A stretch of 7,951 nucleotides of DNA from a virus (lineage: Duplodnaviria > Heunggongvirae > Uroviricota > Caudoviricetes): the IMG/VR virus record IMGVR_UViG_2648501208_000002; one strand, written 5' to 3'. Positions within the stretch are counted from its first letter, which is position 1. Every line of letters begins with the position of its first letter. Both the position numbers and the translations under genes were made by a program. Below the pieces are notes generated by a model, which saw only the letters and a list, made by a program, of their open reading frames with translations, was not told the origin of the DNA and searched no databases. Below, piece after piece: positions 1 through 5,834 of this stretch.

Positions 1-105
1 CAGCCGGATATGTGCCAGTACAGACGTTTCAGGGTTGCCATTACATACGCCAGTGATTCTTACCTGGCATTCCCGACCACGCGCTGCTTTTCTCAAATCA
101 GCCAT
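1..105 (-). CDS. Nin-region phage protein, N-terminal fragment (resembles DUF1364-type proteins); runs off the window edge
   Basis: Minus-strand ATG at 105-103 translates to MADLRKAARGRECQVRITGVCNGNPETSVLAHIRL... and is open to position 1. The start overlaps the upstream ninE-like stop (ATGGCTGA) and an AGGAGG lies about 6 nt upstream. The family assignment is from memory only. Confidence 0.4.
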   Translation of the reverse strand, partial: MADLRKAARGRECQVRITGVCNGNPETSVLAHIRL

Positions 106-268
106 GATTCCTCCTTGCTGCCAGTCGCAACCATTTTTTATCAACCAGGCTAGCGGTATATCCGAGCAGTGTTGGTATTTCGGATGGCTTCAGCTCAGGC
201 TTACGCTTACGACGATTTGGTACTCTGTAGATGTGTCCGTTCATGACACGAATAAGCGGTGTAGCCAT
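98..268 (-). CDS. ninE: NinE-like small basic protein (56 aa)
   Basis: Not in the ORF track because it is short. Minus-strand ATG at 268-266, preceded by GGAGG, overlaps the ninB stop as TAATG. Translation [56 protein letters not shown] resembles the C-terminal half of lambda NinE as I recall it (KPKPIPKE...YTAHLWDIRWLRRRARK). Stop TGA at 100-98. Confidence 0.5.
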   Translation of the reverse strand: MATPLIRVMNGHIYRVPNRRKRKPELKPSEIPTLLGYTASLVDKKWLRLAARRNHG

Positions 269-723
269 TACGCCTCCTGCTTGTCGCGCAGCAGCTGGAA
301 CTCGCAGCTCTGCGGAATAGTCAGGTGGCAGCCAATATTCATCGCCCAGGCTTCAACCTTACACAGGAAGACATACATCTCTCCGGTATCAAGATCGGAA
401 GTATGGCGTAACGACTGGATAGTAGTGATTTCGCCGGTTACGACATCAACCAGGTCCTTGGTTTCATAACCGAGGTATGTGTGTTTGAGAGCATCTTTTA
501 CCCAAGCTGGAGTGGCGAACGTTTTACCCCTGCTGATGAGGTATTCACTGATTTCGCTGTACCACATGTGGCTGAGTGCATTCTGGGAAAGACTGCGTTT
601 CTCACGCCACGGTTTAAGCACCATGCGAAAGCATTTCCCTTCCTCCAGATAAGGCTGGATCTGCTGGCCGATAGCGGTGAAGTTACCACGATGCAATTTG
701 ATGCCGTCTTGTGGGAGGTTCAC
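268..723 (-). CDS. ninB: NinB-like recombination protein (151 aa), GTG start
   Basis: 151-aa ORF. The start codon is GTG (plus-strand cac at 721-723) with GGAGG about 7 nt upstream. It sits where ninB sits in lambda, after ren and before ninE. The [13 protein letters not shown] segment resembles the NinB RSLDQN..LW segment; overall it is divergent from lambda NinB. Confidence 0.55.
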   Translation of the reverse strand: MNLPQDGIKLHRGNFTAIGQQIQPYLEEGKCFRMVLKPWREKRSLSQNALSHMWYSEISEYLISRGKTFATPAWVKDALKHTYLGYETKDLVDVVTGEITTIQSLRHTSDLDTGEMYVFLCKVEAWAMNIGCHLTIPQSCEFQLLRDKQEA

Positions 724-750
724 GCTTCACCTCCGCAGAGGTCAAACGCT

Positions 751-841
751 GGATGCAAAAAATCGCAGGTGCATCTCTGCATCTGTGAAGGGAGAAGAGA
801 GTTTGGATTGTATGTGCGCATAAACGTCCCCGTTTAGCGCA
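751..841. repeat. Copy 1 of a 91-bp imperfect direct repeat (about 92% identical to 2684-2774); ends in a strong hairpin (815-841)
   Basis: Aligned by eye against 2684-2774: 7 mismatches over 91 nt, same orientation. The terminal hairpin is tgcgcataaacg / tccc loop / cgtttagcgca, an 11-bp stem with one bulge. It lies immediately upstream of the ninB start on the minus strand. Confidence 0.85.
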
Positions 842-917
842 GAAGTCACCGGAGTTGTTCAAGCTCCAATGGCATGATTATGGCTGGTTGATTATTGGAA
901 ATCAAATGTGCTGAAAA

Positions 918-1427
918 TTAGTCTGCCAAGTCTTCCTCAGTCGCAACTGGGTAATTCCAAATATCAAAAAAAGCTATAGCCTCCTGCCATTTGCTCCATA
1001 AGTTATCAAGTACTTGTGTAGGTTCCGTACTTTTAAAAACAGAATCAGCCGCATCACCGTTATGAACTTCCTCGTACAGTTCCATTATTAGCAGATTAAC
1101 AAAGTACTGTTTCAACATTAATGCCTGATTACCTTCTTTCTGCTGGCTATCCTGCTTGATGAGCTCCATCGCCCGTACTAGGCACCTGATGATATCCGCT
1201 GCATCATTAACGCTCCATTCAGATCCGCGCTTATCTTTAGCTGATGAATTAGCTCTCTCAGCGCAAGCCTTTAAAGACTCATAAAGGTAAACTCTATTTT
1301 GTAGCTGCAGCGCTTTTTTTGACGTGCACCAACTTGCAAGCGCCGACCCCGCTGCGGCTAATGTGCCAAACGCAGAAATGCCTGCTGCTATTGCACTTAA
1401 GTCGGCACTGTCAAAGTTCCACATCAT
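918..1427 (-). CDS. Hypothetical protein (169 aa) with a hydrophobic N-terminal segment; function unknown
   Basis: ORF with AAGGTG 5 nt upstream of the ATG at 1427. Residues about 9-33 (LSAIAAGISAFGTLAAAGSALASWC) are hydrophobic and could be a membrane anchor or signal; the rest is predicted helical with an acidic C-terminus. AT-rich codon usage unlike the lambda backbone. No family recognised. Confidence 0.55.
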   Translation of the reverse strand: MMWNFDSADLSAIAAGISAFGTLAAAGSALASWCTSKKALQLQNRVYLYESLKACAERANSSAKDKRGSEWSVNDAADIIRCLVRAMELIKQDSQQKEGNQALMLKQYFVNLLIMELYEEVHNGDAADSVFKSTEPTQVLDNLWSKWQEAIAFFDIWNYPVATEEDLAD

Positions 1428-1661
1428 CGTTACACCTTATATAAACACCCCTCAGTAATATCCAATAAGGTATGTGAACAATCAATATAATTTATATCCG
1501 TATCGGCACATAGCGATTTTAATGCTACTGATAATGGTATCTTTTAGATTATATCGTCCAGTTCCAGTACCCGTATTTTATGAAATGGACTCGCACATTA
1601 CCAAAAAAATGCCAGCACTTCCGTCATCGCAGAATGCTGGCAGTATTTCTAACTAGTGACT

Positions 1662-2270
1662 TTATTGCAACAGATTCTGACGGAAATATGGTAACACACG
1701 ACTCCACTTATCATCCTGCCACGGTTGGAATTTTACATGCGCCGTTTCTCTGGCAAGGATTTCTCGCGCCCTGTTGAGTATCCGAGGATATTCTTGTTCG
1801 ATTGAAGTGAATCTACCTGCTTCGCGATGCTCTGCGACCTGAAGAAGGGGCGTAACGTTCTGGCAGGCGGTTAACATCGTATCACTTGCTCGCCATAACC
1901 AGGCGAGTGTGCAAAGTTCGTTATCAGTGAATTGTTTTGTGATTGGGGATTGTTGAACTTCTCGATCGAGAATATCCAGAACCCAGCGGCGGAATTCTTT
2001 GGCCACAGGAGTACGAGCAAACATGGCGATCAAATGGGCTCCGCGAAGGCTAAATACTCGAGACTCCTGCATTCCACGAGGGGTGGTCACTTTGACCACC
2101 CTTGTCATCATATCTGTGAATTCATCTGAGTGCCGAGAGTAAATGCGCTGAACTGCTTTATCGTCCGCATATTCCAGTGCTAAACCAACTTCAGTGGCAG
2201 TAAGCCAAATTCTGTTATTGTGGCAAATCGGGGTAAACGTCGTTTTGTGGAATGCTAATTGAGTAGTCAT
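1662..2270 (-). CDS. BRO-N / phage antirepressor N-terminal-domain-like protein (202 aa)
   Basis: ORF with GAGGTGA 5 nt upstream of the ATG at 2270. The N-terminal region (RIWLTATEVGLALEY...SLRGAHLIAMFARTPVAKEFRRWVLDIL) fits the Bro-N/antirepressor pattern (..DVA..LGY... / ..AK.F..WV) from memory. The C-terminal half is unassigned. Confidence 0.55.
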   Translation of the reverse strand: MTTQLAFHKTTFTPICHNNRIWLTATEVGLALEYADDKAVQRIYSRHSDEFTDMMTRVVKVTTPRGMQESRVFSLRGAHLIAMFARTPVAKEFRRWVLDILDREVQQSPITKQFTDNELCTLAWLWRASDTMLTACQNVTPLLQVAEHREAGRFTSIEQEYPRILNRAREILARETAHVKFQPWQDDKWSRVLPYFRQNLLQ

Positions 2271-2426
2271 AGTATCACCTCATCAGGTTAACCATCACCA
2301 CCAACGACGCCAATCGACTGGTGGTGAACTGTGTAAGGTTGGCGTAACCGGCTACTCAAACCCGGCGCTTCCGAAGAAGCCCTCACACAGCCCACCATAA
2401 TTTGGGCATAGCCGTGCTTAGCGCAC

Positions 2427-2448
2427 AAAAAAACCGCTTAACGCGGTA
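2427..2448 (-). terminator. Putative intrinsic terminator on the minus strand
   Basis: Minus-strand RNA reads ACCGC-GUUAA-GCGGU followed by 7 U (plus-strand A-run at 2427-2433, stem-loop 2434-2447). The stem is short (5 bp) and only moderately GC-rich. Confidence 0.4.
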
Positions 2449-2533
2449 TGCGTTGAGTAGTATCCCGGGACGCCAATCCCGTGTGCCGATTTTGCGGCAA
2501 CGCACAGAATATAGCGCCGGATAAATCATGTCG

Positions 2534-2623
2534 TCAACCCCAGTAAATGGACACCATGATGATCACAGCCATAGCTGCTACAACAGTTACAACTACCTCA
2601 GGCCAAAACATAACGATTTCCAT
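2534..2623 (-). CDS. Possible 29-aa hydrophobic peptide (MEIVMFWPEVVVTVVAAMAVIIMVSIYWG)
   Basis: Not in the ORF track (too short). AAGGTGA lies directly upstream, but the spacing to the first ATG is only 2 nt; the internal Met at codon 5 would give a 25-aa product with more usual spacing. Almost entirely hydrophobic, single predicted transmembrane helix. The putative terminator at 2427-2448 follows about 85 nt downstream. Speculative. Confidence 0.3.
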   Translation of the reverse strand: MEIVMFWPEVVVTVVAAMAVIIMVSIYWG

Positions 2624-2683
2624 ATCACCTTTAGCCGCCAGACGAATAGAGACTCCCAATTCTGGCTGTCGAAGTAAAACACC

Positions 2684-2774
2684 GAATGTAAAAAATCGTA
2701 GGTGCATTTCTGCATCTGTGAATGGAGATGAGAGTTTGGATTGTGTGTGCGCATAAACGTCCCCGTTTAGCGCA
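2684..2774. repeat. Copy 2 of the 91-bp imperfect direct repeat; the same terminal hairpin at 2748-2774
   Basis: See copy 1. Copy 2 lies between the 500-aa gene promoter region and the small-peptide/BRO-N module. Confidence 0.85.
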
Positions 2775-2822
2775 ACCCCACCACCGGGTGTTCAGGCCGA
2801 CAGTAACTATATTATTCCCTAC

Positions 2823-2838
2823 TGATTTTTGAAAATCA
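2823..2838. promoter_or_regulatory. Perfect 7-2-7 palindrome TGATTTT-TG-AAAATCA; candidate operator
   Basis: Seen directly in the sequence, about 245 bp upstream of the 500-aa gene start in an AT-rich intergenic region. No cognate regulator identified. Confidence 0.25.
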
Positions 2839-2893
2839 AAGGTCTTTATACGTCACACGAGAGCAAATATTTCCGAAGAAGAAACCTTTCGCC

Positions 2894-2991
2894 TTGAAAG
2901 GATAAAGAGTTCATTTCATAAATTGAAATATTCAATAAGAATATTGCAAAAAATGAAATTATTTACTAGCGAGTCTATCTAACTGATAATT
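2894..2991 (+). promoter_or_regulatory. Candidate sigma70 promoter region for the 500-aa gene
   Basis: Two by-eye candidates: TTGAAA (2894-2899)-N17-CATAAA (2917-2922), and TTACTA (2963-2968)-N17-ATAATT (2986-2991). A hairpin CCTTTC-N5-GAAAGG (2885-2901) overlaps the first -35. Low confidence; AT-rich DNA gives many chance matches. Confidence 0.2.
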
Positions 2992-3082
2992 ATGAAGATT
3001 GTAAGCGGTAGCAATCACCCGCATACACATTGAACAGGATTTAATACAAAACGTCTTAAATTGTCCGTAAGGAATAGCACGA

Positions 3083-4585
3083 ATGACTCAAACTCCTCTA
3101 TTACTTGCAATCATATTTTTATTGGTTGTTCTTGTTCTTTATATAGCTGCAATCAAACGCATCAAAAAAATACAATTAGAATTAAGTGATAGCAATCAAA
3201 AAAATGAAGAATACAAATCTCGCTTTGCAGATTATTTTAATGTAGAAGAAGAATGTAAGAAGCTTATTGAGAAAACAGAGCAAGAATGCTCCATAATAAA
3301 AGAAGAATCCCTAAAAGTAAAAGAAAATGCCAATAATGAACTAACAAACACCATTGAAAAAATGGATGGTATCAATAAACAAATCCAAGAGCTAAGAAGA
3401 ACTTATAAAGAGAAGAAAGAAATATATGATAAACTAGTAAGGCAAATTTCTATTTATTCAGAAGATGTTGAGCTAGCCGAACTAGGATTTTACGAACCTC
3501 ATTTTAATTTTGAAGATTCAGAGCAATTTAAAAACAAAATAAAATCCATCAGGGATGAACAGAAATTAATGCTGCGGGATAAAACCCACTCTGGCGCAGT
3601 ATATTGTACAACCCAATGGACTGTTGAAGGCTCTCGAGCAGAGGGTAAAAAAATGACAGACAGAAATATCAGGCTAACTACTAGAGCATTTAATAATGAA
3701 TGTGATGCTGCAATTAGCAATTGCACGTGGAAAAACATCACTAAAATGGAAGAACGCATCACAAAGGCATTTGAGGCCATAAATAAACTAAACGAGCAAA
3801 ATCACATATATATAAACACTAAATACCTCAATAAAAAACTTGAGGAATTGTGGCTTACCCATGAATATCGTGAGCAAAAACAGAAAGAAAAAGAAGAACA
3901 GGCAGAAATAAGGGCACAAATGAGAGAGGAGGAGCGTGCACAACGAGAAATAGAAAAGGCCATGCAAGACGCAGAGGCAGAAGAGCGCCGTTATAAAAAA
4001 GCAATTGAAGCTGCAAGAAAGGAAATGGAAAAAGTTACTGGTGACATGAAGCAGCGCCTCGAAAATCGCATTGCCGAACTAGAACAGAGTTTGTCGCAGG
4101 CTGAATCAAAGCATCAAAGAGCATTATCCATGGCACAACAAACCAAACAAGGTCATGTTTATATTATTTCGAACATAGGTTCTTTTGGGGAGAATGTTTA
4201 TAAAATAGGCATAACACGACGTCTTGATCCGCAAGACCGTGTAAATGAGCTCGGTGATGCATCTGTTCCTTTTATTTTTGATGTACATGCCATGATTTAT
4301 TCGGAGGACGCTCCATCATTAGAAAAAAAACTACATGATGTCTTCGATAAAAAGAGAGTCAATCTTGTAAATCGTAGAAAAGAGTTTTTCTATGTTACTC
4401 TGGATGAGATCAAAGAAGCTGTTAAAAAACACTCTGATTCAGAAATTGAATTTATTGAGACAGCAGTCGCAAAAGACTTTAATGAGTCATTGGCTATTCG
4501 TAATCATGAAAATAAAAAAAGTGACAACAGCAACTCATCAATTATACCTGAGCGAAAAACCCCAGAGTTTGCAGATGCAATTTAA
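3083..4585 (+). CDS. Membrane-anchored coiled-coil protein with C-terminal GIY-YIG-like (T5orf172/MUG113-type) domain, 500 aa; candidate anti-phage or exclusion protein
   Basis: Longest ORF in the window, on the strand opposite the phage early operon, with AAGGA 9 nt upstream of the ATG. N-terminal hydrophobic helix (LLLAIIFLLVVLVLYIAAI). Residues about 250-340 are K/E/R/Q-rich heptad-like coiled-coil. C-terminal GHVYIISNIGSFGENVYKIGITRRLDPQDRVNELGD...EKKLHDVF...RKEFFYV matches the T5orf172/GIY-YIG-like signature from memory. The middle region (GFYEPHFNFEDS...CTTQWTVEGS) resembles the DUF4041 region that often accompanies T5orf172. Very AT-rich codon usage, by eye roughly 30-35% G+C. Confidence 0.85.
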   Translation: MTQTPLLLAIIFLLVVLVLYIAAIKRIKKIQLELSDSNQKNEEYKSRFADYFNVEEECKKLIEKTEQECSIIKEESLKVKENANNELTNTIEKMDGINKQIQELRRTYKEKKEIYDKLVRQISIYSEDVELAELGFYEPHFNFEDSEQFKNKIKSIRDEQKLMLRDKTHSGAVYCTTQWTVEGSRAEGKKMTDRNIRLTTRAFNNECDAAISNCTWKNITKMEERITKAFEAINKLNEQNHIYINTKYLNKKLEELWLTHEYREQKQKEKEEQAEIRAQMREEERAQREIEKAMQDAEAEERRYKKAIEAARKEMEKVTGDMKQRLENRIAELEQSLSQAESKHQRALSMAQQTKQGHVYIISNIGSFGENVYKIGITRRLDPQDRVNELGDASVPFIFDVHAMIYSEDAPSLEKKLHDVFDKKRVNLVNRRKEFFYVTLDEIKEAVKKHSDSEIEFIETAVAKDFNESLAIRNHENKKSDNSNSSIIPERKTPEFADAI

Positions 4586-4610
4586 TTAATTTGTAGTAGC
4601 AATAAAGCAG

Positions 4611-4650
4611 GCATCGTTGAGAATATTTTGTCAGCGATGCTTACTTCTCT
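4611..4650 (+). terminator. Possible terminator or hairpin downstream of the 500-aa gene
   Basis: Inverted repeat GCATCG-N18-CGATGC followed by TTACTTCTCT. The loop is long and the T-tract is interrupted. Confidence 0.2.
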
Positions 4651-4833
4651 AACAAAAACGGTGATTACCAACGAACTAACGGACTTCAGGTAATCATAAG
4701 ACAAATGGAACGACTCTCCGGTGATTAGATCCCTGCAATAACAGTAATTTTCTACTAACTGAAAAATCTTTAACTGCCGCTCCTATTTCTAAGCTGACTG
4801 CTAGATTACATGGTGTGTTACCGATGAAAACCG

Positions 4834-5136
4834 TCACAGCAAGTTTAAGTTCATATCTCCATACACTGCCAACACTCGTTTCATCGCGGCACTCTGGCGA
4901 CACTCCTTGAAAATCAGATTCGTGCTCACCTTTCCTTCCCGTTCTTCCCTGGTAGCGAACCGGTAATACACCGTTCGCCAGACCTTACCATCAACGACCA
5001 AGATTCCTGCCCGTGCCATTTTAGCCGCAGCCTGATTTATACTGGTTACTGTTGCGCCTGTTACCGCAGCAACGTCCTGCGCACAGAAGCTCTTATGCGT
5101 CCCCAGGTAATGAATAATTGCCTCTTTGCCCGTCAT
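4834..5136 (-). CDS. ren: Ren protein (lambda-type), with a divergent C-terminal tail
   Basis: MTGKEAIIHYLGTH...ATREEREGK...KECRQSAAMKRVLAVYG matches lambda Ren as I recall it. The last 7 residues (DMNLNLL) differ from the lambda ending. The ATGA start/stop overlap with P is as in lambda. Confidence 0.85.
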   Translation of the reverse strand: MTGKEAIIHYLGTHKSFCAQDVAAVTGATVTSINQAAAKMARAGILVVDGKVWRTVYYRFATREEREGKVSTNLIFKECRQSAAMKRVLAVYGDMNLNLL

Positions 5137-5834
5137 ACAGTTGCTCCTTTCAGTCCGAACTTCGCTTTGATTTCTGCGATCTTCGCCAGAGCCTGTGCAC
5201 GATTTAGAGGTCTACCGCCCATGACAGGAAGTTGTTTTACTGGTTCAGGTATCGCCTCACCACGGTTAATTCGCGCGGTCATACAAGTCAGTTCATCGGC
5301 AGCCTTGCGCCGTAATTCCGCATCAGTAAGCGCATTGGCCCGCATGTTCTGATACAGGTTGGTAACCAGCCAGTAGTGCGCGTTTGATTTCCACGGATAA
5401 GACTCTGCATCTGGATACAGGCCACGTTTCCGGCAATACTCGTAAACCATATCAACCAGCTCGCTGGCGTTTGGCAGCCCGGCGGTAACGGATGCTTCTT
5501 CCCGGCACCAGGCAACAAACTGCCCGGGTGATGGCAGGAATGGTCGATTCTGCCGACGGGCTACGCGCATTCCTGCGTCAACCTGTTCCATCGTGGTGAT
5601 CCCGTTTTCCCGGAAAGCCAGAACCCACTGGCGGCGGATTTCGTTCAGTTCGTTCTGGTCCCGGTTAGCCAGGCTCGCCGGGAAAGTTGCCAGTAACTGG
5701 CTGAACACACCATTGATGATCTGCGCTACCTGTTGTACCTGCGGCTTTTCGTCGTACTGTTCCGGCATGTTGTTGGCGATCCGGCGCATCTGCTCACGGT
5801 CAAAGTTAACCATCTGTGCGGCGATGTTTTTCAT
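5133..5834 (-). CDS. P: Replication protein P (lambda-type, DnaB helicase loader)
   Basis: 233 aa, MKNIAAQMVNFDREQMRRIANNMPEQYDEKPQ...AKFGLKGATV, almost identical to lambda P from memory. Confidence 0.95.
   Translation of the reverse strand: MKNIAAQMVNFDREQMRRIANNMPEQYDEKPQVQQVAQIINGVFSQLLATFPASLANRDQNELNEIRRQWVLAFRENGITTMEQVDAGMRVARRQNRPFLPSPGQFVAWCREEASVTAGLPNASELVDMVYEYCRKRGLYPDAESYPWKSNAHYWLVTNLYQNMRANALTDAELRRKAADELTCMTARINRGEAIPEPVKQLPVMGGRPLNRAQALAKIAEIKAKFGLKGATV

Noticed and set aside
35-469. 144-aa plus-strand ORF
   Set aside because: Lies antisense across the ninE-like and ninB genes and the partial downstream nin gene. No Shine-Dalgarno, and the product is low-complexity and unrecognisable. 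Most likely a shadow ORF of the minus-strand genes.
481-837. 118-aa plus-strand ORF and nested 63-aa minus-strand ORF (498-689)
   Set aside because: Both overlap ninB in alternative frames or on the opposite strand; the plus-strand ORF also runs into the repeat. No ribosome-binding site or recognisable product.
849-872. tRNA-like T-arm motif (GGAG-TTGTTCAAG-CTCC)
   Set aside because: The loop length is wrong and there is no accompanying acceptor, D or anticodon arm. No tRNA is supported anywhere in the window.
1474-1777. Two small plus-strand ORFs (1474-1656 and 1580-1777)
   Set aside because: They sit in, and antisense to, the intergenic region and 3' end of the BRO-N gene. No Shine-Dalgarno; products are basic and low-complexity. 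Likely chance ORFs.
1932-2129. 65-aa plus-strand ORF
   Set aside because: Fully antisense within the BRO-N-like gene.
2547-2756. 69-aa plus-strand ORF overlapping the small hydrophobic peptide ORF and repeat copy 2
   Set aside because: No Shine-Dalgarno, and the serine/threonine-rich product looks like an antisense translation of the hydrophobic peptide frame. Cannot be fully excluded; conservation analysis would decide which strand is coding.
3499-3780. 93-aa minus-strand ORF inside the 500-aa gene
   Set aside because: Antisense to a long ORF with clear domain signatures; AT-rich sequence gives spurious antisense frames.
4392-4589. 65-aa plus-strand ORF in an alternative frame at the 3' end of the 500-aa gene
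   Set aside because: Nested in another frame of the well-supported 500-aa CDS.
4694-4903. 69-aa minus-strand ORF overlapping the ren 3' end
   Set aside because: Overlaps ren in another frame with no Shine-Dalgarno; the 4590-4833 intergenic region shows no convincing gene.
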